From assembly GCA_034437815.1 (NCBI GenBank), contig DAOTTC010000019.1, positions 1,893 to 65,892 of the forward strand: a stretch of DNA of 64,000 nt, given 5' to 3'. The position numbers and the translations under genes are program-made. The notes beneath the pieces are model-generated. The model was not told the DNA's origin, made no database searches, and worked only from the letters and a program-made list of their open reading frames with translations. Source of the stretch: Chloroflexia bacterium (GTDB lineage: Bacteria; Chloroflexota; Chloroflexia; QHBQ01; JADMIH01). Of this stretch, positions 44,723-54,353 are shown piece after piece (the stretch's first letter is position 1; each line of letters begins with the position of its first letter).

Positions 44723-46225
44723 ATGGTCTCAACACTTTCAGCTAAAACGCTGGGACAGCGCATCAGGCAGATTCGCATCCGCCGAGGCCTCACCCAGCAA
44801 GACCTTGCTGGAGAAGACTATTCCAAGAGCTACATATCGGCCATCGAGCAGGGCAAGACCCGGCCATCGCTGAAAGCCTTGCAGCGCATCGCCGCCCGGC
44901 TGGAAGTGCCCGCAGGCACTTTGCTCGACCCGGAGGCCCGCGGCTTCGGACCGATAGACGAAACCATGCCCAAACGGGTGCGACGTAGGAAAGGGATGCG
45001 CCCCGGCCCCGGCGGCTACATCAGCCCATCTTACACCGAATTCCAGCTGGCGCGGGCCGAACTGCTAATCATGTTGGGCCAACCGACCCAAGCCCTCGAA
45101 GTGCTCCGCCCCTTGATACCCACCGAAGACGAACCTACGCAGGGGCAGACCCCTAGGCTCATGGAATCGGCGCAGGTCCTGCGCATGTACCATCTGGCGG
45201 CAAAGGCGGCCATCCGTGGCGACCGGTTGGCAGAGGCGCACGAATTCCTTCGCAAAGCCATACAACTCGCCGAGCGGGTGGACGACCGGGAAGAGATCGA
45301 GCGGCTGCGCAACCTACTCGGCGTAGCCTACTACCAGTCCGGTCAGGTGCTCTCTGCTCTGGAAGAACACAAGCAATGTCTGGCGGCGGTGCAAGCAGGC
45401 AGGGTGCAAGACCCCAACTTCAAGCTGGCCGTGTACAATAACATCGCACGCGATTACGCCGCCCTGCACGACAACGAGCGCGCCATGGCCACCTATAAAG
45501 ATGCGCTGACCTTGATAGAGTCGGTGAACGATCTGGAGCGGCAGGCCAACATCTTCGTGGACCTGTCCACCACCTACGCCAACCATGACGATTACTGGTC
45601 GGCCAATCGCTTCGCCACTAAAGCCACGGGTGTGTATCAGGTCCTCAGCCACATGCAGCAATTGGTGCGCATGCAGACCAGATACGCCGAATTGCTGATT
45701 GATGCCGGGCAGTTGGAAGAGGCCGAGCGATGCCTCATGTCAGGCCTACAATTGGCCGAAGACTTGGGCAGCAACCTCGATCGTGCGATGGCGCTGGCTA
45801 ATCTGGCCCGTGTGAGCCTACAGCGGGGCAACGATAAAGAAGCACAGGAGCGCAGCGAGCAGGCCGTGCAGATAAGCCGTCAGGTAGTGCAGACCATCGA
45901 AGCTGCCGACAGGGGTCAAGAAGGCGGAGACGGGGCCGCCGCCCACTACAGATACGGTTACGGACGCGCTCAGGCCATGCAGGTGCTGGCAAAGTCACTG
46001 GCTATCGCGGGCGAAGTGGCCGCTAAACAGGGCGAGGACCGCCGGGCCGACAAACTCTTCGAGGAAGCCATAAAGATACTGTCCAACCAGCCTGCGGAGG
46101 TCTCCGAGATATCGAGTGAGATCTACGAGAGCTACGCTCGCCTGCTTGCCGGCAGGGGCCAGCACGAGCGTGCCGCTACCTACTTCGAGCAGGCGTACAG
46201 GGCGATCACCCGCCGGCCCCGATAG
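44723..46225 (+). CDS. XRE-family HTH transcriptional regulator fused to TPR repeats
   Basis: A GAGGAG RBS precedes the start. The HTH reads LGQRIRQIRIRRGLTQQDLAG..SKSYISAIEQGKTRPSLKALQRIAARLEV. The C-terminal ~400 aa are TPR-like. Confidence 0.9.
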   Translation: MVSTLSAKTLGQRIRQIRIRRGLTQQDLAGEDYSKSYISAIEQGKTRPSLKALQRIAARLEVPAGTLLDPEARGFGPIDETMPKRVRRRKGMRPGPGGYISPSYTEFQLARAELLIMLGQPTQALEVLRPLIPTEDEPTQGQTPRLMESAQVLRMYHLAAKAAIRGDRLAEAHEFLRKAIQLAERVDDREEIERLRNLLGVAYYQSGQVLSALEEHKQCLAAVQAGRVQDPNFKLAVYNNIARDYAALHDNERAMATYKDALTLIESVNDLERQANIFVDLSTTYANHDDYWSANRFATKATGVYQVLSHMQQLVRMQTRYAELLIDAGQLEEAERCLMSGLQLAEDLGSNLDRAMALANLARVSLQRGNDKEAQERSEQAVQISRQVVQTIEAADRGQEGGDGAAAHYRYGYGRAQAMQVLAKSLAIAGEVAAKQGEDRRADKLFEEAIKILSNQPAEVSEISSEIYESYARLLAGRGQHERAATYFEQAYRAITRRPR

Positions 46226-46338
46226 ACCGGGCCGAGGTGGTTGCCGGAGTGCACTTGCGGGCGCGGGTGCAAGGTGAGCGGCCCGCCAACTGGTGGGCAT
46301 GTTGGCGCACGCATTAGCACATTAGCACAACAGGAACG

Positions 46339-46376
46339 ACAGGGGCGGTGGTTTGATCCACGCCCCTGTTTGCTTT
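46339..46376 (+). terminator. Terminator hairpin after the XRE-TPR gene
   Basis: ACAGGGGCG(g)TGG...CCACGCCCCTGT followed by TTGCTTT. It abuts the stop of the convergent gene. Confidence 0.6.
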
Positions 46377-47796
46377 ACTTGTGGGTGATGACCAGCGTGC
46401 CTATGGGTGCCCATTCGTATACCCATCTGGCGGCATCGGGGGGCAGGTTGACGCAGCCATGGCTCATCGGCTGGCCGAAGTTGCTGTGCCAGTAGGCCCC
46501 GTGCAGGGCATAGGCCGAGTAGAAGTACATCACATAGGGCACATTCGGCAGGAAGTAGTAATCCGCGCCGGTGCCACCGCGCATATCCTGTGCCCTGTAC
46601 TTCGCGTAGACGCGATAGGTGCCCTCCACCGTCGGATAGCGGGCGAGGCCTGTGCTGACTTTGGATACAAACACCGGCGTTTGCCCCTCAAAAGCCGTCA
46701 TGGTTTGCGTGCTGATGTCCACGTCAATCCACTTAGGACCCAGCTTGCCCATCGGGATGACATTCACAGGTCGAGACGCAGGTGTAGAAGCGGGGTCCGG
46801 AGAGGCAGGGGTTGATGGAGTGGACGGCGCAGAAGGAGCCGGCGTGGGTTCGTCTTCACCCCCATCACTGCCCTGACGGATGATGAGTGTCTGGCCCACG
46901 CGTAGAAAGTTGGGGTTCTGAATGTTGTTCAGCCTCCTCAGCGCCTCCACCGTGGTGTTGAACTTGGCCGCTACGGTGGACAGGTTATCGCCGGGCTGTA
47001 TTGTATACCGGATGGTGCTACCCTGCCCGCCCGGGTCACCGCTCGGCTCCGGACTGGGGGGTGGCAGGGTGGCGCTCGGTCGGGGCGCGGGGGTGGCAGT
47101 AGGGGCAGGTTGTTGAGGTTGAGGTGATGCCTGTTCGGCTTGCCCCGGAATCCTCAGCACCTGACCAATGTAGAGCAGGCTGGACGGAGAAAGGCCATTG
47201 GCCGCCGCCAGAGCCTCGCGGCTCACTCCGAACCTCTGGGCCAGCGTGATCAGGTTGTCGCCGGGTTGCACCACATAGGTGCCGGGAGCCTGCCCGCCGG
47301 GGTTTGGATTGGGGTCTGTACTGGTCGTGCTACCCGCGCTGCCGGCAGGTATGACCAGCGCCTGCCCTGCATAGATGATGGTGGAGTTGAGGCCGTTGGC
47401 CTGCATCAGCGCCTCGGTGGTCGTGCCGAAGCGCAGCGCTATCTCGCTCAGAGTGTCTCCCGGCTGTACGGTGTAGGTGCCCGGAGCCGAGTTTGCGCGC
47501 GCCTGTTGAGCCTGAGCCGCCGGTCTGGTGCCCGCGGTAGGTATTATGAGCACTTGACCTGCGTAAATAGTAGAGCGCGACGGCAGGTTGTTTGCGGCCA
47601 CGATGTCATCCACCGTCACGCCGAAGCGTGCAGCGATGCTGATAAGGGTATCACCGGGCTGTACTTTATATGTGGTGTCGGCGTAAGCAACTTCCGCAAC
47701 CGGGCCAAGCATCAGCATGAGGGCTAGCACCACGACCAGCGCAATCCGCGCAGACCGCCCCCATACACTCAGCTGGTTGGTCAAGCCATTTCTCAC
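46375..47796 (-). CDS. 4x LysM + YkuD-domain L,D-transpeptidase
   Basis: Four LysM repeats (Y.VQPGDTL..IA.RFG....L...N) and the catalytic motif SHGCVNLP. The GTG start follows a GGGAGGGTGA RBS. Confidence 0.92.
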   Translation of the reverse strand: MRNGLTNQLSVWGRSARIALVVVLALMLMLGPVAEVAYADTTYKVQPGDTLISIAARFGVTVDDIVAANNLPSRSTIYAGQVLIIPTAGTRPAAQAQQARANSAPGTYTVQPGDTLSEIALRFGTTTEALMQANGLNSTIIYAGQALVIPAGSAGSTTSTDPNPNPGGQAPGTYVVQPGDNLITLAQRFGVSREALAAANGLSPSSLLYIGQVLRIPGQAEQASPQPQQPAPTATPAPRPSATLPPPSPEPSGDPGGQGSTIRYTIQPGDNLSTVAAKFNTTVEALRRLNNIQNPNFLRVGQTLIIRQGSDGGEDEPTPAPSAPSTPSTPASPDPASTPASRPVNVIPMGKLGPKWIDVDISTQTMTAFEGQTPVFVSKVSTGLARYPTVEGTYRVYAKYRAQDMRGGTGADYYFLPNVPYVMYFYSAYALHGAYWHSNFGQPMSHGCVNLPPDAARWVYEWAPIGTLVITHK

Positions 47797-47919
47797 GAGT
47801 CACCCTCCCGCCTGATATAGGACGTAACACCACTTATCCAAGCAAAGACGATAAATATTGAGATGCCGGGACCTTCCCCTACGCGAGTGTGGGAGGTACC
47901 ATCTGGGTGCCGGGGCGTC

Positions 47920-48171
47920 CCCCACTTGTCTTCCCCCCACAATGGGGGTGCAGGCTCTGCTATGGGCGTCCCGTTGTAGCGCAGTCGGTTCCCCCACTTG
48001 TCGCCTCCCCACCACAATTCATAGCCTTTGCGGGGGTGCAGGGGCGCTCTCTTGCCGGGGGCGTGGGGGTGTCCCCCAGTCCCCCACTTCTCCCCCACAA
48101 TTCATAGCCTTTGCGGGGGTGCAGGGGCGCTCTCTTGCCGACGGGTACCCTCCCGCAATTCATAGCCTTTC
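47920..48171 (+). repeat. Tandem 70-90-nt repeat array (3 copies plus a partial)
   Basis: The unit CCCCCACTT.TC...CACAATTCATAGCCTTTGCGGGGGTGCAGGGGCGCTCTCTTGCC recurs. The 45-mer cacaattcatagcctttgcgggggtgcaggggcgctctcttgccg is identical at 48013-48057 and 48095-48139. Confidence 0.85.
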
Positions 48172-48404
48172 TTTGGATAATTGGTATAACACCATGATAT
48201 ATCAGGTTGTGCATACGTGTGAGTTATGCACATTATGCACATCACACAGCGGACGATGCACCCTCGGTGGTCATCATAGCATCGGCGGATGTCGCGTGTC
48301 AATAGGTTATTTGTCTCACCGGCAAGCGCCGATCGTCGTTCCTCAGTAGTAAGAGCTCTACCCACCAAGCGCAGGTGCTGTTGGTGAGTAGCTCTTCGGC
48401 GTTC

Positions 48405-48439
48405 CACCAATAATCGGGGGCCAAGCCCCACCAATATGG
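48405..48439 (-). repeat. Inverted copy of the 18245/18318 dispersed repeat
   Basis: The reverse complement reads CATATTGGTGGGGCTTGGCCCCcgattattggtgg, with the first 22 nt identical to the 18245 copy. Confidence 0.75.
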
Positions 48440-48465
48440 CGGAAAAGCAAAGAGCCGGGGACATG

Positions 48466-48493
48466 TGTACCCACGCTCAGAGGGTACCCGCCG
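48466..48493 (+). repeat. Hairpin repeat GTACCC...GGGTAC-CCGCCG (copy 2)
   Basis: tGTACCCacgctcagaGGGTACccgccg matches 20116-20144. Confidence 0.6.
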
Positions 48494-48611
48494 GACAGGG
48501 GGCTTAGACCGGCCTCTGTCAACCCCCCATTACCTGAGGCCTGTTTGCTCGGTGCCCGTGTGCTATAATTAACGTTACGTCCAGTCGGGCGAACCTAGGA
48601 GGATAACAGGC

Positions 48612-49982
48612 ATGGCCGAAGAGACAGAACCCAAGCAAAAACTCAAGCGTGTGGAGCCACAGCGCCTCAAGGGCTTTCGCGATCTCATGCCCTCGATCAT
48701 GTCGGTGCGCCTGTATGTCATAGACACGCTCCGGCATATCTTCGAACTGCACGGGTTTGCCCCTCTGGAAACGCCCGCCATCGAGTACATGTCCACCCTT
48801 GAAGGCAAGTACGGAGAGGAAGAGCGTCTCATCTACAGGTTTGAGGACCATGGTGGGCGCAAAGTGGGCCTGCGCTATGACCTTACCGTACCGCTGGCGC
48901 GCGTGGTAGCCATGCACTACCATGAGCTTCAATTCCCATGGCGGCGCTACCAGATCGGCCCTGTGTGGCGGGGTGAGAACCCCCAGTATGGGCGGTACAG
49001 GGAATTCTACCAATGCGACGTGGACATCGTGGGCACCCCGTCCATGCTGGCCGATGCTGAAATCCTGTCCATCTACGGCAAAGCCATGCAGAAGCTGGGT
49101 TTCACCGGCTACAAGGTGTTGATCAACAACCGCAAACTGCTCACGGCTATAGCCCGAAGCGCGGGGGTGGGTGCCGAGCAGGCGGGCGTCGTGTTCCGCG
49201 CCATTGACAAGCTGGAGAAGATAGGCCCCGAAGGCGTGCGTCAGGAGATGGTGCGCAACGGCATCTCCGAGCAGGCGGCGGCGCGTGTGCTTGAGCTATT
49301 CCTCAAGGGCGGGCAGGCACGCGCCTTCGAGGACAACTTGGCCCTGCTGAGCGAACTGCGAGGTGTGCTCGGCGATGACCCCTTGGCCGTACAGGGGCTG
49401 GACGAACTCCACCAGATATTGGATGCCCTGCACCTCATGGGCGTAGAGCCGGACCGCTACAGGGTAGACATAACTCTGGCGCGCGGTCTGGATTACTACA
49501 CCGGCCCAGTGTTCGAGGTGGTGGTGGACGAACCGAAGATAGGCTCTCTGGGCGGCGGCGGGCGCTACGACGAGCTGATGTCCCTTTTCTCCGGGCGAGA
49601 TTTGCCCACCACAGGCGGCTCGTTCGGGTTAGAGCGCATCGTGGACGTGATGGTGGAACTGGGCATGGTGCAGCCGATGAGCACGGCCAGCAGGGCGCTG
49701 ATCACCGTGTTCGACGCATCCCCTGACAGCGTGAGCGCTTCGCTGGCGCTGGCTACTGAGCTTAGAAGCATGGACATACCATGCGAAGTGTATCTGAACG
49801 TGGGTGACAGGCTGGGCAAGCAGCTTGCTTACGCCGATAAATTGGGCATACCATATGCTGTGGTGTTAGGCCCGGATGAGCGTGCTGCTGGCGCTGTCAC
49901 CGTAAAGGACCTCAAGGCCCCACCACCCAATCAGTGGACCGTGCCCCGCGCCGAGCTGGCCAACCTGATACGCAAGACGTAA
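48612..49982 (+). CDS. hisS: Histidine--tRNA ligase
   Basis: An AGGAGG RBS precedes the start. Class II aaRS motifs are present (LRYDLTVPLAR, FYQCDVD, RGLDYYTGPVFE), along with a C-terminal anticodon-binding domain. Confidence 0.93.
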   Translation: MAEETEPKQKLKRVEPQRLKGFRDLMPSIMSVRLYVIDTLRHIFELHGFAPLETPAIEYMSTLEGKYGEEERLIYRFEDHGGRKVGLRYDLTVPLARVVAMHYHELQFPWRRYQIGPVWRGENPQYGRYREFYQCDVDIVGTPSMLADAEILSIYGKAMQKLGFTGYKVLINNRKLLTAIARSAGVGAEQAGVVFRAIDKLEKIGPEGVRQEMVRNGISEQAAARVLELFLKGGQARAFEDNLALLSELRGVLGDDPLAVQGLDELHQILDALHLMGVEPDRYRVDITLARGLDYYTGPVFEVVVDEPKIGSLGGGGRYDELMSLFSGRDLPTTGGSFGLERIVDVMVELGMVQPMSTASRALITVFDASPDSVSASLALATELRSMDIPCEVYLNVGDRLGKQLAYADKLGIPYAVVLGPDERAAGAVTVKDLKAPPPNQWTVPRAELANLIRKT

Positions 49983-50067
49983 AAGGCCGGGCCTGTCGGG
50001 CCTTCTTGATTCTTGGCACCCATTAGTGGCAGGGGTTATATCAGACAAGAGGTTAGATATATATCAC

Positions 50068-51819
50068 ATGAACCATGAACAAAGACAGAGACAGGGCCAA
50101 TCCGGTGTGGAAGCCGGTATAGGGGGTATAGAGAGCAGTACAGGGGACGAAATAAGTGACGGAGCGAGACCGGAGCGCATACCAGAGTTGACAGCAGACG
50201 ACCCCGACGGTCTGGCTGAGCGTGCCACCGAAGCCGCTCATGAGGTAGTCGAGGCCACAGACCAATTCATGTCCCCCGGTATGGCTATCGAACCTGCGGC
50301 GCAGGCCGAACAGGTATCTCAACAAGCGGTTGAAGTGGTTGGGAGAGGGGCCGGTCTGCACGAAGAGCGCAGGGATATAGCCCGTGCCGTGTTTCGGCTG
50401 GCGTGGCCTGCCATAGCCGAGAACGCCTTGCAGACCCTGCTGGGTATTGTGGACACGGCAGTGGTAGCGCGTCTGGGCACCGCCGCGCTGTCGGGTGTGG
50501 GCGCTTCCCAGCAATTGATCTGGGTGCTGAGCAACCTGATACTTGCGGTGAGCATGGGCACCACAGTGCTGATAGCGCGTTTCACCGGCGCGCGCCAACC
50601 CGAGCGGGCCAATGCGGCGCTCAAACAGTCGCTTTTGCTGGGCGTGGTGGTCAGCCTGATGTTGATGCCGGTGGGGCTGGTGGCTCATCCCATGCTGAGC
50701 ATGCTGGGCCTGACCCCCGCCGCTGCCGACGCCGGGGCCACTTACCTGAGCATCACCCTGTTCATGAGCATGCCCTTACTGCTCATGTTCGTAGCGGGGG
50801 CAGCCTTGCGCGGCGCAGGTGACACCCGCACACCCATGTATGTCACCGGCTTCATCAACATCATCAATGCCATCCTCGCAGTAGAGTTGGTGTTCGGCGG
50901 TGTCAAAGCCAGCACCATATTCAGCGACTGGCTGTCGGGGCTGCTGGCGCTGGTCGGGGCGGATGTGCGTGTGCAGGTGCCGGGCCTGCCGTGGGTTCCC
51001 GAGATGGGCGTGGCAGGCTCGGCATGGGCCACGGTGATCGCCCGCACCCTTGGTGCCGCCATCTTGCTCAGCCTGTTCCTTCGTTCCCGCTCGTATCTTC
51101 AGCTGTGGAGCGTGTTCGGCTGGCGGCCCAACTTCGATTTGATGTGGCGCATCCTGAGGGTGGGCATCCCCTCCGCTCTGGAGATGCTGTTCATGTCGTT
51201 GGGCATACTGGTGTACAGCTTCATCGTCATAGGCATGGGCGAGGTGGTCTTTGCCACTTCGCGTCTTGTGTTGAATGCGGTGTTCCTATCACAGATGCCC
51301 GGCTTCGGCTTCTCGATGGCCGCCACCACGCTGGTGGGGCAGAGTCTGGGTGCCCGGCAACCGCACAGAGCGTGGGTCGGCTCGTGGCTGGCTACGCGCT
51401 CGGCGCTGATATGGATGAGTGCCATGGGCGTGGCGTTCTTCTTCTTCGGTGAGCAAATTTTGCGCATCTTCACCGATGACCCACGCTTGCTGGCATTAGG
51501 GGACCCGGCCATGAAGGTCGTGGCGCTGAGCCAGCCGCCTCTGGCCGTGGCGTTCGTGCTGGCAGGTTCTTTGCGCGGGGCCGGCGACGTGCGTTTCCCA
51601 ATGTGGGTGACCACCCTTGCCGTGTGGGTGGTGCGACTGCCCACCGGGGCGTTTCTGGGCTTGCCCACCGTATGCCTACCCTTCACCGGCGTGTGCCTGC
51701 CCGGTCTGGGCCTTGGTCTGGTGGGCATCTACACCGCGCTGATAGTGGAATCGACCCTGCGTGCCGGGCTTTTCTTCTGGCGTTTCCGTCAAGGCAAGTG
51801 GCAGAGCATCAAGGTGTGA
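50068..51819 (+). CDS. MATE family efflux transporter (start uncertain)
   Basis: Twelve-TM MATE-like sequence beginning at FRLAWPAIAENALQTLLGIVDTAVVARLG. The region upstream of ~50330 is weakly coding-like, and the alternative starts 50269, 50281 and 50335 all lack a clear RBS. Confidence 0.8.
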   Translation: MNHEQRQRQGQSGVEAGIGGIESSTGDEISDGARPERIPELTADDPDGLAERATEAAHEVVEATDQFMSPGMAIEPAAQAEQVSQQAVEVVGRGAGLHEERRDIARAVFRLAWPAIAENALQTLLGIVDTAVVARLGTAALSGVGASQQLIWVLSNLILAVSMGTTVLIARFTGARQPERANAALKQSLLLGVVVSLMLMPVGLVAHPMLSMLGLTPAAADAGATYLSITLFMSMPLLLMFVAGAALRGAGDTRTPMYVTGFINIINAILAVELVFGGVKASTIFSDWLSGLLALVGADVRVQVPGLPWVPEMGVAGSAWATVIARTLGAAILLSLFLRSRSYLQLWSVFGWRPNFDLMWRILRVGIPSALEMLFMSLGILVYSFIVIGMGEVVFATSRLVLNAVFLSQMPGFGFSMAATTLVGQSLGARQPHRAWVGSWLATRSALIWMSAMGVAFFFFGEQILRIFTDDPRLLALGDPAMKVVALSQPPLAVAFVLAGSLRGAGDVRFPMWVTTLAVWVVRLPTGAFLGLPTVCLPFTGVCLPGLGLGLVGIYTALIVESTLRAGLFFWRFRQGKWQSIKV

Positions 51820-51847
51820 TGCCGGGTTGCCGCGGGTTGCCACCTTC

Positions 51848-51918
51848 AGGGTCGGGAAGGGCACAGCCCTGCCCAAACCCCTCCTTTATTGCATACAAAG
51901 TGTTATGAAGTAGCGCTA
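51848..51918 (+). repeat. Dispersed intergenic element, copy 5
   Basis: The head AGGGTCGGGAAGGGC-aca-GCCCTGCCC forms a hairpin at 51854-51874. The tail ttgcatacaaagtgttATGAAGTAGCGCTAG ends at 51918. Confidence 0.6.
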
Positions 51919-52359
51919 GTCCGGCGTGCGGTCGGCTTGGTCCGGCCCAAGCGAGCCTGCGTCGCCCCCGTAGCGGGCAGGCCCGCCCGCTTCATCCTGC
52001 CCGTGCTCGCCCCCCTTCACCCGACCGGTGCGGGGATTGAGGTCATTTGGCTGCATTTCGTCTATCAGATCGAGGTCTCGGTCCCGACTGCCACCCGGCT
52101 CGGTGTCCTCCGGCGGCAGGGGATGGGTCTCCATGCTCCGGGTGAGGTCGATGCCTGTGCCGGTGTCGCGGTACTCGCCGAACTGAAGGCCTTCGCTATT
52201 GCCCTCTTGAACACCTTCAGTACCGCCGCTGTAGCCGCCACCATGCCGTTCCCCAGCGCTGTCGGCGGGGCGTTGTGTGCCCTCCATCCCCTGTTCAGTG
52301 GCCGGACTGCCGTAATCCTCCATCTTCGGGATGTCGCCTCTATGTGTGCCGCTGTCCAC
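51916..52359 (-). CDS. Highly hydrophilic Gly/Asp/Glu-rich protein, probably intrinsically disordered (stress-protein-like)
   Basis: A strong AGGAGG RBS lies 6 nt before GTG 52359. Third positions are G/C-rich. It has no hydrophobic core, and an RVKGGEHG motif is reminiscent of KGG stress repeats. Confidence 0.65.
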   Translation of the reverse strand: MDSGTHRGDIPKMEDYGSPATEQGMEGTQRPADSAGERHGGGYSGGTEGVQEGNSEGLQFGEYRDTGTGIDLTRSMETHPLPPEDTEPGGSRDRDLDLIDEMQPNDLNPRTGRVKGGEHGQDEAGGPARYGGDAGSLGPDQADRTPD

Positions 52360-52751
52360 TCGTGTCCTCCTGAGGCTATGCTGGTTTGGAAGGGTCCCTT
52401 ATGTCAGCTTCGCTTTTTGCAACCCTTCCACACACCCGGCATAAGGAGCAAGTGCTATGCCACCTGCACCTTCTTCGCTTGGCAGGACGCTTGCATCTCT
52501 ATTACCTTTCGAAGTGACAACCAGTAGCCGGTGGTGTCTGTGTAACGCTCTTTATGGGGCAATAGTGAACGAGCATGCACGTGTGGTAAAAGAGGTGAAG
52601 CTCTACCGGCCTCGGGGGCGCAGGCTACACCCGCTAACAGCACGATGACAAGATCGACATACTGTGATAGGATATGCGGGTGGGACGCCCGCGCTCCGTA
52701 GCCCAAGACATTAGCAGTCAAAGCAAGGGCTGTAAGAAGGTGCCCCCTGTT

Positions 52752-54050
52752 ATGCGCTCAAATTTTAATTTCAAGGTATTAGACCCGATATTAGGCCTGT
52801 ATACAGGTTATTCTATGCTGGCATGGGGTATTCTATCCCTGCTTGGCCTGTATGTTGGCCGGGGGGCCACCCAAGAGCTTTATACGGCACGTTTGCTTCC
52901 AGCTACCGTGGGTTTTATGATCGGTGGATCTGCCGGCGTCCTGCTTACCCTTACTCGACAATGGGTGCTTCTAACACCCCTTCGCTCCGATGTAGCTGTT
53001 ACGCTGATATGCTGGGCGTTCGGTGGGGCTTTATACATGGATGCTTGGCTCAATCTATGGTATAGCTGGGCTTTTGATCGCCATAGTACTGCGTACATGA
53101 GCGCCTATTTCTATAGCGCCATCCCTACTCTGGAAGTGGCTTTCGCCAGTGTGCTGATGGCCTCGGATTCATGGTATCTACAGCGCAGGGTCATCAAGAC
53201 CGGCAGGTATGACATACAGCCTGCTTTGTGGTGGTTCCTCTCAGTCACCGTGGCATGGCAGGTTTCCACAGCCACAACATGGATTGTATACGAGAAGGTA
53301 TTCGGCTTGATGGAATCGGTTGCGGCGCAAGTGGGTTCTGTAGTGCTTGGTGCTCTGAGCTTGGGCCTCATGACCGGATGTGTCATGGCACTGCTTGCGG
53401 TGCGGGCGAGGCAGGCGGCAGTGAGGGTACAGTTCCCGGCTCCAAGTGATACGAGGGGTGCAGACCAGATCCAGCATCTGAGCATCGGCTCTATAGTTCT
53501 GTGGGCAGTAGTGACTGCAATAGGTTCTGCCCTTGTACTGGCTCCGATTACGCATTTTGCTGGGGATAATCTACTGGGTCTGGACGGGGTGATGGGCATA
53601 AGCATGGCGCTGAGCTTGCCGGGTGGGTTGGTGATGGGTCTGGGCCAGTGGGCAATATTGTATAGCTTGCGCAACCGATCGTCAGCGTGGCTGATCGGCA
53701 CTCTTGGGGGCACACTTGTGGGTTCATGTATTGCGGCGGTGGGTAGCTACTTGGTTGTGATGTGGTCATCTGATGGTGGCCATTCGAATCCAATAGCTGT
53801 TCGTATGGCGATTGGTCTGGGGGTGGGCTTTGCGATAGGTATGTTCCAACTGCTGGCGATGCACCCGCAAAAAGTGACCCGGGCGCGATGGTTAGCTCTC
53901 TTAGCTCTCTCGAGCATAATCTGGGTCTCAGGAGCATTGGTCAATGGGCTGGTTGGCGGCACATTGGTCGGTATCTTATCAGTTGCTTTACTGTGGCTAC
54001 TTGTAGATGAATGGGGAAGCCGGAGGATGGGCTTCCACCGATCTAGTTGA
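52752..54050 (+). CDS. Polytopic membrane protein built of repeated 2-TM modules, unknown function, in an A/T-richer island
   Basis: About 12 hydrophobic segments, with a recurring loop motif (QWVLLTPLRSDVA / SWYLQRRVIKTGR / QWAILYSLRNRSSAWL / FQLLAMHPQKVTRARWL). It is visibly lower in G+C than its neighbours. Confidence 0.75.
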   Translation: MRSNFNFKVLDPILGLYTGYSMLAWGILSLLGLYVGRGATQELYTARLLPATVGFMIGGSAGVLLTLTRQWVLLTPLRSDVAVTLICWAFGGALYMDAWLNLWYSWAFDRHSTAYMSAYFYSAIPTLEVAFASVLMASDSWYLQRRVIKTGRYDIQPALWWFLSVTVAWQVSTATTWIVYEKVFGLMESVAAQVGSVVLGALSLGLMTGCVMALLAVRARQAAVRVQFPAPSDTRGADQIQHLSIGSIVLWAVVTAIGSALVLAPITHFAGDNLLGLDGVMGISMALSLPGGLVMGLGQWAILYSLRNRSSAWLIGTLGGTLVGSCIAAVGSYLVVMWSSDGGHSNPIAVRMAIGLGVGFAIGMFQLLAMHPQKVTRARWLALLALSSIIWVSGALVNGLVGGTLVGILSVALLWLLVDEWGSRRMGFHRSS

Positions 54051-54081
54051 CGCGAGAACTATATAGAACTGAAGAGAAACT

Positions 54082-54294
54082 ATGATAGCGAGACGAATAT
54101 TCACGAAAGAATATAGACTGGAGGTAATCGAACTCGCCAGAACGAGTGGCAAGGCAAGAGCAAGGCCCAGCTTGACGGGAGTTAGGGCTTACGCTTGGGC
54201 AGATCGGCAATTGGGAGAAAGCTCTTCAGCGCGATGGACAGCAGGCATTCCCAAGAACCGGCCGCCATCCATTTTGACGCCTTCAGGCAAATGA
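54082..54294 (+). pseudogene. Degenerate IS3-family transposase orfA remnant (HTH part only, no orfB)
   Basis: MIARRIFTKEYRLEVIELARTSGKA resembles the IS3/IS911 OrfA N-terminus (RR.FT.EFK.EAV.L). The rest is degenerate, and no catalytic DDE ORF follows. Confidence 0.55.
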
Positions 54295-54353
54295 CGTATA
54301 ATAACAGGCAGGCTCTGGAAAGACCAATTACAACAGGAGTAAGAGAAACACAC

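Noticed and set aside
47793-48214. ORFs 47793-48098 and 47960-48214, encoding repetitive GEKWG / KRAPLHPRKGYELW peptides
   Set aside because: They are translations of the tandem DNA repeat array. They have no RBS, overlap one another in different frames, and the repeat periodicity is at the DNA level.
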